Shown: one piece after another, positions 41,840-53,110 of the stretch | How positions within the stretch are numbered: the stretch's first letter is position 1 | Layout: each line of letters starts with the position of its first letter | Assembly: GCF_006345805.1 (NCBI RefSeq) | Contig: NW_021832282.1 | Location: forward strand, 69,063 to 133,062 | DNA: 64,000 bases | Origin: Octopus sinensis | Taxonomy: Eukaryota | Direction: 5' to 3' | Position numbers and translations under genes: made by a program | Notes under the pieces: generated by a model | Databases searched by the model: none | What the model saw: the letters and a program-made list of their open reading frames with translations, nothing else | What the model was told of the DNA's origin: nothing

Positions 41840-41854
41840 ACACACGTGCTTTTT

Positions 41855-42000
41855 TATGCAACTTCTTTTGAGAGTATGATTTGCCAGAGATATTGCAGTG
41901 ATATGGTTTCGTTCTTGTGTGTGTATGTTGGGGGCTTCATTAAGTTTCCATTTCAAGAGAATGATTCACAACAGATACGGTTTCACACTGATATTTTTTC
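41855..42000 (-). pseudogene. Decayed C2H2 finger repeats downstream of the ZNF stop
   Basis: Minus strand encodes HTHTRTKPYHCNISGKSYSQKKLHK. 41940-41995 resembles the broken last finger at 43273-43325. Confidence 0.7.
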
Positions 42001-42808
42001 TCGCATCTTTTCCGTTTGACCGGCAGTTTTTTAAAATAATTTCCACGTAACTAAACACTTTTAAACTTCGTATACTGGTAGAATGTGTTTATTCCTTTAT
42101 TCTCTTGAAAAACGCCGCCGCTGTGGTGATCTCATTCTCGCCCACAACATCATAAGCAGGAAGTGTAACCTCTCAAAAGAGCTGTTCTTCACTCCTGCTC
42201 CAGAGCGTCAGCTGCGGGGTCATTCCGAAAAGCTCTACCTGCGACGATTTCATCTCAATCGAAGGAGAGGAGCTTTCTCCGTCCGGGTTGCGGATCCGTG
42301 GAACAAGCTGCCAGACGAGATGGTGTAGATGCCGATGACCGCTTTGTTCAAAGCCTCCCTGGACTTCAAGTGGCCTGAACTCTTTACATGAACACCACCC
42401 TGTACTTAACTCCATGTCCCCCTACATGGCCTTGCTATTTGCTTTTGAGCCAAATTAACTAACTAACTAACTAACATAAAACATCTTTTTCTCTTGGCTT
42501 TATTGAGAAAATTCTATAATTTGTAAGATATTTGTTGTTTTTTTTCTTCAATTTCTGCAATTTCAACCAATCACTGACGTCTATTGAGGTAAAAAAACAT
42601 TCCGTGTCGTATGAATATGTCCCTCGTTTAAGAAACAGATTGGGTTTATTTACATTTCTGAAGAAAAAAGATACCCTTCCCCCACCCCTAACTAACTCTA
42701 ACCCTAAAACAGATTGAAATGCAATAGATCAATACTAGGGTCATAATTATGGGTGACAATTTCATATGACACCACTAGAAAAAACTGCCGTTCAAACTGA
42801 AAAGATCC
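42001..42808 (-). mobile_element. Family M element interrupted by a CR1/L2 fragment
   Basis: Both TIRs are present. The internal GTGTTTAT|AAAACATC sequence is split at 42092/42476. Confidence 0.85.
42093..42475 (+). mobile_element. CR1/L2-type LINE 3' end with (AACT)n tail
   Basis: SLEKRRRCGDLI...LRGHSEKL...FSVRVADPWNKLP is the typical CR1-group ORF2 C-terminus. Apparent 2-bp AT duplication. Confidence 0.88.
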
Positions 42809-43238
42809 TTTTTTTCGTCACAAATGTAAATAAACCCAAACTGTTTCTTAAACGAGGGACATATTCATACGGCACAGAATGTTTTCACCTCAATAGACGT
42901 CATTGATTGGTTGAAATTGCAGAAATTGAAGCAAAAAAAAACAACAAATATCTTACAAACCATAGAATTTTGTCAAGAAAGCCAAGAGAAAAAGATGTTT
43001 TATAAACACATTCTACCAGTATACGAAGTTTAAAAGCGTTTAGTTACGTGGAAAATATTTTTAAAAACTGCCGTTCAAACCGAAAAGTTCCCAAATATCT
43101 TACAAACTATAGAATTTTCTCAATAAAGCCAAGAGAAAAAGATGTTTTATAAACACATTCTACCAGTATACGAAGTTTAAAAGTGTTTAGTTACATAGAA
43201 ATTATTTTAGAAAACTGCCGTTCAAACCGAAAAGATCC
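42809..43238 (+). mobile_element. Family M element, left-truncated, with two 147-bp terminal modules
   Basis: Ends AAAACTGCCGTTCAAACCGAAAAGATCC. Inverted relative to and abutting 42001-42808. Confidence 0.85.
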
Positions 43239-43272
43239 GAGAGAACAATTTACCACAGATATTGGTGTTTAG

Positions 43273-44442
43273 TTAAGTTTTCATTTCAAGAGAATGATTT
43301 ACAACAGATACATCACACTGATACGGTTTCTCTCCTGTATGAATGCATTTATGAGTAGTTAAATTACCGCTTTGAGAGAATGATTTATCACAGATATCAC
43401 AATGAAATGGCTTCTCTCCTGTATGAATACGTCTATGTTTGGTCAAGTTACCACTTTGCGAAAACGATTTACCACAGATATCGCAATGATATGGTCTCTC
43501 TCCTGTGTGAATTCGCTGGTGTTTAGTTAAGCAATGCTTTAGTGAGAAAGATTTACCACAAATGTTGCAGTGGTTTGGTTTTTCACCTGAATGAACGAAT
43601 TTATGAGACATCACGTTACGATTTTGAGAGAATGACTCTCCGCAGATATCACACTGGTATGGCTTCTCGCCCGTATGAATACGTTTGTGTGTAGTGAGGT
43701 TAGTTTTCTGAGAGAAAGATTTACCACAGATATCGCAATGATACGGCTCCTCTCCAGTATGAATACGTTTATGAGTAGTCAAATCGCTACTGTGAGAGAA
43801 TGATTTCCCACAGATATCACAGTGATATGGTTTCTCTCCCGTATGAATACGTTTATGAGCAGTTAAGTTACTACTTTCAGAGAATGACTTAACACAGATA
43901 TCACACTGATATGGCTTCTCTCCAGTATGGCTACGTTTGTGTTTCGTTAGGAGATGCATAAGTGAAAACGATTTACCACAGATATCACACTCATTCGGTT
44001 TTCCCCCGGTATGAATGTATTTATGAGACGTCAGGTGGTGATTCTGAAAAAAAGATTTACCACAGATATCACAGCGATATGGCTTCTCTCCCGTATGAAC
44101 ACGTTTGTGGATAGTGAGAAAAACGTTTTGAGAGAACGATATACCGCAGATATCACAGTGATATGGTTTCTCCCCTGTATGGATACGCTTGTGAGTTGTT
44201 AAGTTCCCTTTCTGAGAGAATGATTTACCACAGATATCACAGTGATGTGGCTTCTCACCCGTATGAATACGCTTGTGCATAGTGAGATAAACATTTTGAG
44301 AGAAGGACTTACCACACGTGTCACAGTGATATGGCTTCTCCTCTGACCGATTACACTTATGGCTATTCAAGTTCCGTTTCTGAGAGAATGATTTACCACA
44401 GATATCACAGTAAAATGGTGATTTTTCTATCCCCTTCAGCAT
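43273..44442 (-). CDS. C2H2 zinc-finger protein, 389 aa: 12 canonical fingers, degenerate first finger, frameshifted 14th finger, no KRAB/BTB/SCAN domain
   Basis: Repeated [26 protein letters not shown] units with TGEKP linkers. Upstream splice acceptor TTTTCTTTCTCTTTTATTTCAG at 44839-44860 implies about 400 nt of 5'UTR in the same exon. Confidence 0.93.
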   Translation of the reverse strand: MLKGIEKSPFYCDICGKSFSQKRNLNSHKCNRSEEKPYHCDTCGKSFSQNVYLTMHKRIHTGEKPHHCDICGKSFSQKGNLTTHKRIHTGEKPYHCDICGISFSQNVFLTIHKRVHTGEKPYRCDICGKSFFQNHHLTSHKYIHTGGKPNECDICGKSFSLMHLLTKHKRSHTGEKPYQCDICVKSFSESSNLTAHKRIHTGEKPYHCDICGKSFSHSSDLTTHKRIHTGEEPYHCDICGKSFSQKTNLTTHKRIHTGEKPYQCDICGESFSQNRNVMSHKFVHSGEKPNHCNICGKSFSLKHCLTKHQRIHTGERPYHCDICGKSFSQSGNLTKHRRIHTGEKPFHCDICDKSFSQSGNLTTHKCIHTGEKPYQCDVSVVNHSLEMKT

Positions 44443-44881
44443 ATCTTCACTTAAAATTAACCTTTTATAAGTCCTTCACATTAATTAATTTTCCTTTACC
44501 TTTCTTCTTTCACCACAATAGACACATAGAATTCTTGTTTTTGTTCTTGTATAATATTTCTTACAAATATTTTACATTTCCCATCAACCGCAATCTCCAC
44601 CGATATCTGAAGAAGCTGCAAATTCCTTTGTAAATTTATTAACAAGTCCATGTTGCACATAATTCAGACAGTGAAAGAGAGAGATATCGCTGTTCACCTC
44701 TGTAATTCCCCACAGAGTTAGAGAAACAGTATTACATCTGGTTTGTATAACATGTTCTTTTAGTCTTTTAAAAGACAATTCAATATCGATGAAGGGCCTG
44801 ATGGAGAAATGATCATTATGCCAATATCATCTGATATTCTGAAATAAAAGAGAAAGAAAATGGTAAGATATAGAAGATATT

Positions 44882-47429
44882 TAAACAGCAGAGACACAAT
44901 AGAGGACATTTTATTACTTTTCTATAACAATAATATAGACACAATGTGAAGGCGCATGGCTCAGTGGTTCGTGAGGTTGTGAGTTCGAATCCCGGACAAA
45001 ATCAAAACATTTCACTTATCGAATTTCCGTGGGTTGTGGAGTATAGATATTTTCAACTTGAAGAAAAATATCCTTGCATATTTCGTTTGTGTATGTAAAA
45101 TCCGTGCTTCGTTTGTGTATGTAAAATCCGCAAATTTCCAAGCAGAAAACAGAATCGAACTGTCATTTGCTTCCACGGAAATAGCCGAAGTGAAATGTTT
45201 TGATTTTGTCGAGTTATAATCGAAAGAATGCCGATAATTTCCTATTTGAAGATCGTAAAATCGAATTTGTTTTAGTCTCAATTTCATTCCAATTCGATTA
45301 GTATATATCGTGGACGCCCAGCTGCTCCTTGTTTTATTGTGTATTCCAACGAAATACATTTCGTTTTCGGATTTGGTTTGCAAGATTCTTTATATGAGTT
45401 CGTGTGTTGAAGCATATTCTGTTGTGTCTGGGGAGAGTCGTTTGCTTCTACGGAAACACCCGAAGTGAAATGTTTTGATTTTGTCGAGTTATATCGAAAG
45501 AATGCCGTTTAAATTTCATTTCATCTCGATTAGCATGTCTTGGGGGACACCCTGTTGTTCTTCGTTTTATTGTGAATTCCAACGAAATACTTCCAGATCA
45601 TCAGATAACATAGTAATTCAACATTGCAACTATTACAACATCAACACTGTTTTATTGTGAATTCCAACGAAAAACATTCCGTTTTCGGATTCGGTTTGCA
45701 AGATTCTTTATATGAGTTCGTGTGTTGAAGCATATTCTGTTGTGTCTGGGGAGAGTCGTTTTTTTTGTGCCTTATAAGCTAACACACTCACCGGTAAAAT
45801 TTCCACTTATTTCTTAATTTTATTTCCCTAAAATTTCTGTTGCGTCTTGCAACCTTTTCAAAAGGAAAATAAAAATAAGAAATAAGTGGAAATTTTACCG
45901 GTGAGTGTGTTAGATTATAAGGCATAAAAAAAGAAAATGACTCTCCCCAAACAACGAAATACTTAAAGATCATCAGATAATCAATTAAAGCCATACAATT
46001 ACGATGCTGGTTCGATCTTTCTCAGATTCAGCTACTTGTATTAGATTATAAGACACAAAAAGAAAATGACTCTCCCCAGACACAACAAAATATGCTTCAA
46101 CACACGAACTCATATAAAGAATCTTGCAAACCAAATCCCAAAACGAAATGTTTTTCGTTGTAATTCACAATAAAACAGTGTTGATGCTGTAATATTTGCA
46201 ATGTTGAATTGCTATTTTATCTGAAGATCTGGAAGTATTTCGTTAGAATTCACAATAAAACGAAGAACAGCAGGGTGTCCCCCCCCCCCCCAAGACATGC
46301 TAATCGAGATGAAATGAAATTTAAACGGCATTCTTTCGATATAACTCGACAAAATCAAAACATTTCACTTCGGGTGTTTCCGTAGAAGCAAACGACTCTC
46401 ACCAGACACAACAGAACATGCTTCAACACGAACTCATAAAAAGAATCTTGCAAACCAAATCCGAAAGCGAAATGTATTTCGTTTTAATTCTCAATAAAAC
46501 AGTGTTGATGTTGTAATATTTGCAGCGAAATACTTACAGATCAGCCCATAATCAATTAAAGCCTTACAATTACGATACTGGTTCGATCTTTCTCAGATCC
46601 AGCTACTTGTATTGCTTTGTGTCCTCGCCGTGGATTGTTGAACAATTCTCAAATATGTCCAGGGCGAAACTCGATTAAATATAAATCAAAACATTTCACT
46701 TCGGCTATTTCCGCGGAAGCAGATAACAGTTCGATTCTGTTTTCTGCTTGGAAATTTGCGGATTTTACATACACACGTGAAACGGGTAAGAACAAATATG
46801 CAAGGCTTTTTTTTCTTCTAATTTCGTTATATCTATACTCCACAACCCACGGAAATTCAATAAGTGAAATGTTTTGATTTTGTCCGGGATTCGAACTCAC
46901 AACCTCACGAACCACTGGGCCACGCGCCTTCACATTGTGTGGTGATCTTTCGTCTCTAGTAGACCTTTCCGTCGATTTCCGTAAAAAATTTTTTTTTTTT
47001 ACATATGGGCTTGCGGGAACTTTTGAAGTAATATACATACATATACACATACACCGAGTAAAAAATTTCAGTTATCTCTTTCTTTCACACATTACTCTCT
47101 CTGTCTCTTCACACACACTAACAGAAGCACTTCACTTACACAACATACTGTCTGTCTCCCACACCCCATCAAACACACACACACACATATACATCAATGC
47201 TCCCATGCACGGTAACTTCAAAAGAACTTCCCTCGTCATACAATCGCTTTCTCTTAGTCTCTTTCGCTCTCATTACTTCAAAAGTTCCCGCAAGCCTATA
47301 TGTAAAAACAAAATTAATTTTTTTACGGAAATCGACAGAAAGGTCTACTAGAGACGAAAGATCGCCCATTGTGTCTATATTATTATTATTATAGAAAAGT
47401 AATGTCCACTGTTGTGTCTCTGCTGTTTT
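44882..47429. repeat. Large nested inverted repeat (foldback-like), centre about 45846
   Basis: The left arm 44882-45828 is mirrored by the right arm 45864-47429. The core arms 45768-45828 and 45864-45924 are near-perfect. Each arm has about 270-bp subrepeats and a shortened tRNA-like A/B box head. Confidence 0.9.
46941..47366. mobile_element. 426-bp MITE with about 90-bp TIRs and 8-bp TSD, Merlin-like
   Basis: CATTGTGT|GGTGATCTTTCGTCTCTAGTAGACC ... GGTCTACTAGAGACGAAAGATCGCC|CATTGTGT. The empty site is present on the opposite arm (about 44935-44950). Confidence 0.85.
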
Positions 47430-47736
47430 CCCTCCCTTTTCCCTCGCTGTTCTTAGTGTATTCCACTTATAATTACCAAATGCTTTATCAAAATAAACTT
47501 GTTGGATCGCTATGATTTTACGAACATCAAATAGGAAATTACATCGTGGATATATAAATATATACATATGTCCAAACATATGTACATATTTAATATTAGT
47601 AATTCAAATTTTCATTCATTAATATTATATACATCGTTAAAAAGTGACTACTACGGGTATAATTAATACTAATTGTATTATACAATTAATAAATCAAATC
47701 AGACATTAATTACCCACTCCCGGATAAAGGACTTAC

Positions 47737-47940
47737 TTGTATTTCTCCATAAATTTCTCATGTCTAATATTTTCTCTAAATAAATCCAGTCTCTTATTTT
47801 CTTGCTTTGGTTTTTCATTCATAAACTGAAATTTCACAACAGATTTTACAAAACCTGGCTCGGGATAAACGAAACGAAGAAAACACTTGTTCAGGTAGTA
47901 TCACCTGGTTTCTTCATCTCTTCATCCTTTTAGACTTCCG
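47737..47940 (-). other. Candidate non-coding first exon of the ZNF gene
   Basis: Consensus donor TACAA|GTAAGT at 47737/47736 in unique sequence, pairing with the acceptor at 44839. ETS-like CGGAAGT at 47934-47940 near the putative start. The 5' limit is uncertain. Confidence 0.5.
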
Positions 47941-48033
47941 TTCGAGAAGTACGTTAAAAATAAGAACTGTTTTTCATTTGTTCCTCAAACTAATTTAGAG
48001 CCAGTTCGATACCTCTTCTCCTCTAGAAACATG

Positions 48034-48749
48034 GGATCTTTTCGGTTTAAACGGCAGTTTTTTCTAGCGGTGTTGTATGAAATTGTCGCCCATAATTATG
48101 ACCCTAGTACCGATCTATTGCATTTCAATCTGTTTTAGGGTTAGGGTTAGGATTAGGGGTGGGGGAAAGATATCTTTTTTTCTTCACAAATGTAAATAAA
48201 ACCAATCTGTTTCTTAAACGAGGGACATATTAATATGGTACAGAATGTTTTCACCTCAATAGACGTCATTGATTGGTTGAAATTGCAGAAATTGAAGAAA
48301 TAAAACAACAAATATCTTACAAACTATAGAATTTTCTCAATAAAGCCAAGAGAAAAAGATGTTTTATAAACACATTCTACCAGTATACGAAGTTTAAAAG
48401 TGTTTAGTTACGTGGAAATTATTAAAAAAAACTGCCGTTCAAACAGAAAAGATCCCAAATATCTTACAAACTATAGAATTTTCTCAATAAAGCCAAGAGA
48501 AAAAGATGTTTTATAAACACATTCTACCAGTATACGAAGTTTAATAGTGTTTAGTTACGTGGAAATTATTTTTAAAAACTGCCGTTCAAACCGAAAAGAT
48601 CCCAAATATCTTACAAACTATAGAATTTTCTCAATAAAGCCAAGAGAAAAAGATGTTTTATAAACACATTCTACCAGTATACGAAGTTTAATAGTGTTTA
48701 GTTACGTGGAAATTATTTTTAAAAACTGCCGGTCAAACCGAAAAGATCC
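48034..48749 (+). mobile_element. Family M element, complete, with three 147-bp terminal modules
   Basis: TIRs GGATCTTTTCGGTTTAAACGGCAGTTTTT and AAAAACTGCCGGTCAAACCGAAAAGATCC. Module starts at 48457 and 48604. Confidence 0.9.
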
Positions 48750-49066
48750 GATTTGTGTTTTTTATATTTTAAGATTATCCTTACTCTGTTAGCTGAGTGA
48801 GTCTTTTTTACTACTTTTAAACCATTACCCCCACCCATCTCTTTCCATCTTTCGAAACGTGGAGTAGATTAAACAGGGAATATTCTTTATGTTGCATGTC
48901 TCGTTTCTCTGTTTGTTTGTTTCTTTCTTTGTTCTAAAAAAAAAAAAGGTTCGTTTTTTATGTGTTTGTTTTTTATCTTCTCGTTTCTCATTTTGTATAC
49001 GTTTTTTGATGTCCTGTACCCATATACATGCATGTATATATACTATATATGTAGGTATGTACGTAG

Positions 49067-49112
<46 letters not shown>

Positions 49113-49239
49113 TAAATTAGAGATAAAACCACAATTAGGCAAATCAATCAGTGAAAAACATAAACCAAAATATAGAAATAAAATTAATTAATATAATATA
49201 CAAAATATATAAAATTCAAAAATTTTAATTATTAATTTA

Positions 49240-49496
49240 TACTCTTTTACTTGTTTCAGTCATTTGACTGCGGCCATGCTGGAGCACCGCCTTGAGTCGA
49301 GCAAGTAGACCCCCGGGACTTATTCTTTGTAAGCCCAGTACTTATTCTATCGGTCTCTTTTGCCGAACCGCTAGGTGACGGCGACGTAAACACACCAGCA
49401 TCGGTCGTCAAGCGATGCTAGGGGGTCAAACACACACACACAAACATATACACACACATACATATACATACACACACACATATACATACACACACA

Positions 49497-49536
<40 letters not shown>

Positions 49537-49710
49537 CATATATAGGACGGGCTTCTTTCAGTTTCCGTCTACCAAATCCACTCACAAGGCTTTGGTCAGC
49601 CCGAGGCTATAGTAGAAGACACTTGCCCAAGGTTTCACGCTGTGGGACTGAACCCAGAACCATGTGGTTGGTAAGCAAGCTACTTACCACACAGCCACTC
49701 CTGCGCCTAT
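49240..49710 (-). mobile_element. SINE family A, full length
   Basis: tRNA-like head (TGGCTGTGTGG / GGTTCAGTCCC), CCTTGGGCAAG core, internal (TA/CA)n, tail ending AAGTAAAAGAGTA. Confidence 0.92.
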
Positions 49711-50299
49711 ATTTATAAATTTTTATATCTTTTAATTATTTTTAAAAATTTAAATTAATAAATTTTTAAAATTTTTAACCTTTTTTTTTTTAAATATATA
49801 TAACTATCAAAAAGTTTAATACAAGATAATAAGTAATATATATAATTTTGATTTCGATTTTACTTATCTCAACAGGTCTTCGCAAGCAGAGTTTAGTGTC
49901 CAATGAAGGAAAGTGTTTTAAAAATACGACAAACAAGTCTTTATCTCAGGTAAAATCGTTTTATTTAACAACAATACAAAGAATAACTGATTGACAGAGA
50001 TTTATAAAGTTTAACTATAAAGAAACAATGAAGAATAGTCACTCTTTAAATATTACATTCGGAAACTGAATATGTGAACTTGTTTTTGTGAGTAACAGAA
50101 TGTTACTGAAAATATGTGAATGTGGATATATGGGAAAAATATCTTGGATTTCCAAGCTGAACTGCGATATATGCTGGTGAAAGATAAACTGTGATATAAG
50201 GAATTTAACAATACATATTTTTTTATATTGTCAAATGGACTCGAGTGCCCTCTTTAAAGAATTTGAAAAAGTGCCAGAAAGATAACTGTGTGATTGGTT

Positions 50300-51165
50300 A
50301 ATAATAATAATGAAATTATTGTATACAGTGCTCAGGTGCCCCACAACTTGTCAAAAAGTGTGTATAAAGCATATGCAGTAATGTACAAATGTCTGGGAAG
50401 TGAACAGTGTATGAGTCAGATACATGCTTGTGTGTGTATGGAGGGGAGAAAGATCAGGTGTAGTGTTGGTGAATCTCAGGAAGCATGGAAGTTTTGAAGG
50501 ATGCAGTGCTCCGACAACTAACAACTGATGTCGGCAGTTTGTTCCATGCTTCAGCAACTCTCAGCATGAAAATATGTTTCCGAAAGTCATGGGAGCTGTG
50601 CTGTTTTCTGACTTTGTAAACATGTCCATGGGTGTTAGACAGGTGGAGTTTTTAAATAATAATAATAATGAAATTATTGTATGCAGTGCTCAGGTGCCCC
50701 ACAACTTGTCAAAAAGTGTGTATAAAGCATATGCAGTAATGTACAAATGTCTGGGAAGTGAACAGTGTATGAGTCAGATACATGCTTGTGTGTGTATGGA
50801 GGGGAGAAAGTCAGGTGTAGTGTTGGCGAATCTCAGAAAGCATGGAAGTTTTGAAGGATGCAGTGCTCCGACAACTAACAACTGATGCCAGCAATTTGTT
50901 CCATGCTTCAGCAACTCTTAGCGTGAAAAAATGTTTCCGAAAGTCATGGGAGCTGTGCTGTTTTCTGACTTTGTAAACATGTCCACGGGTGTTAGACAGG
51001 TGGAGTTTGAAAAGGTGCTCAGAGTTGTTGTTTGTAAGATGGTTAATAATTTTATGGGTGTCTGCCAAGTCAGCTGCCAGACGTCAGAGTTTCAATGTAT
51101 TCATGCCCCGGGGAAGAAGTAAGGCGTTCAGAACATGGCAAATGCCTGATGGAGGGTATTAAAAA
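50300..51165 (-). mobile_element. CR1/L2-type LINE 3' end with 358-bp tandem duplication of its terminus
   Basis: HKIINHL...TRGHVYKV...RKHFFTLRVAEAWNKL. (ATT)n tails at about 50300 and 50655. Confidence 0.85.
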
Positions 51166-51383
51166 CACAACAGTCATGTTACTTGTTCAATCATTTCTCA
51201 CTGTGTTAATTTTTTTTTTTTATCATACGGCAAGACGTTAAAAAATAAGTACTTGTAATATATTAGTGTTCATTTAAATGGTAATTTCATCCCAGCAAAT
51301 TATTATTACCATGTGCCAAAATATTTCGAAGTAGAGTCAACGATTGTGTAGATTATATGCAAAAAATGGTTTTGACATCTAAT

Positions 51384-51452
<69 letters not shown>

Positions 51453-51611
51453 TAGAAAAAACCCCACCTTTTATCAATTCAATAATGATTTATATATATA
51501 TATATATACTATTTTGTGTAATTTGATTTAGTATTTCTAAATTAATTTTTCCCTGTAAGTTTGGAATAATATTCCCTTCATATTATTATTATTATATTAT
51601 TATTATTATTA

Positions 51612-51701
<90 letters not shown>

Positions 51702-51706
<5 letters not shown>

Positions 51707-52280
51707 GTTGTATACTGTCAATCTAACAAGAATGTGACAGTAGGGGGTACACCACCGTTGTATAGCCCTAGGAGCCATCGAACGCCTCCTGACAGCTTCG
51801 ACACATTTTTTTCCCTGTGTTCTTATATACATATACGAAGGGGAGACAAACACCCCCAATCGCCGGAACTGCATCTAGGGACACGAGAGATTTAGAAATT
51901 CAATATTTCTTATTTTGATAATCAGTGAATAGACTTCACTGAGTTTATATATATACAGATACGAAGTCCAGACAGATATCACCAGCCGACCGGTGTCTGC
52001 TACTCTAGGCCGATGAAGGACAATGATCCTGAAACACGGTGTCCCTAGATGCAGTTCTGGCGATTGGGGGTGTTTGTCTCCCCTTCGTATATGTATATAA
52101 GGACACAGGGAAAAAAATGTGTTGAAGCTGTCAGGAGGCGTTCGATGCCTCCTAGGGCTATACAACAGTGGTGTACCCCCTACTGTCACGTTCTTGTTAG
52201 ATTGACAGTATACAACCATTCTATCGCCCCCACCACCGTACATCTCTCTACGAGAGATTTAGAAATTCAATATTTCTTTT
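51702..52280 (+). mobile_element. Penelope-pLTR/retrozyme-like unit: 367-bp monomer, partial tandem copy and inverted partial copy
   Basis: ACGAGAGATTTAGAAATTCAATATTTCTT at 51883 and 52250. About 180-bp inverted arms at 51702-51884 and 52039-52222. Contains a hammerhead fold. Confidence 0.7.
52004..52049 (+). ncRNA. Type I hammerhead ribozyme motif (U4C core variant)
   Basis: TCTAGG-CCGATGA-AGGA(CAATGA)TCCT-GAAA-CAC(G)GTG-TC-CCTAGA. Helices I, II and III all pair. Predicted cleavage after GUC at 52043. Confidence 0.75.
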
Positions 52281-53078
52281 GGAATCTCCACTTATAGAAA
52301 ATGGAAATAACAGTCTTTGACTGCCATTTCTAATTCCTTCGGTATGAGGCGAAACAGCCTGCTGCTAGCCACCTTATTTACTTTACTTATATATATATAT
52401 ATATAACATATATAAATTAGAGAAAAAACCCACTAGTATGCAATTCAAACAATGATAGACATAAACCAAATTATAAATAAAAAATAAAATATGTTTTTAT
52501 GAAACATATAACTAGATCACAAAAAGTATATCAGTTGTCAAGCGATGTTGCAGGGACTGAAACAAGTAAAAGAGTATTTGTCCATTTTTTTCAGCTCTCC
52601 CAGACAATTCCTCTCAAATGCTTTTCTCTTTCTTCTGATGAAGGACTAGCGCCCGAAATATTATGATTCTTCCTTTTCCATTAAAACACATATGTTGAAT
52701 GCTCTCCTTTGTGTGGTGTCATTTATGGTCCAATGCATTTACCATATCTATCTGTCTATAATTCTATCTATCTACCTGTTCGTCCGTTTGTGTGTCTTCA
52801 TGTATGCATGCATAGATGTGTTTCTACATATATGTATGTCTGAATTTCAAACTATGCAGTCCCTGGAATAGAATATATTCTACTTTAAAAGGACTGAGAC
52901 GGTCACGGCTTTAATACTCTTTTCCACCGCTGAAATATAAAAATGGAAGGAAAAATTTGATAAATCTATACTCCACGTTGATGATACACACACACACACA
53001 CACACATGTACATGTATGTATATGATCGTATATATATGTTAGTATATATATATGTGGTGAATGTGCATATATAATATG

Positions 53079-53110
<32 letters not shown>

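Noticed and set aside
44948-46925. tRNA genes or long convergent Pol III transcripts from the palindrome heads
   Set aside because: A-B box spacing is only about 13 nt, there is no cloverleaf, and T4+ terminators follow within about 70 nt. These are SINE-type head remnants.
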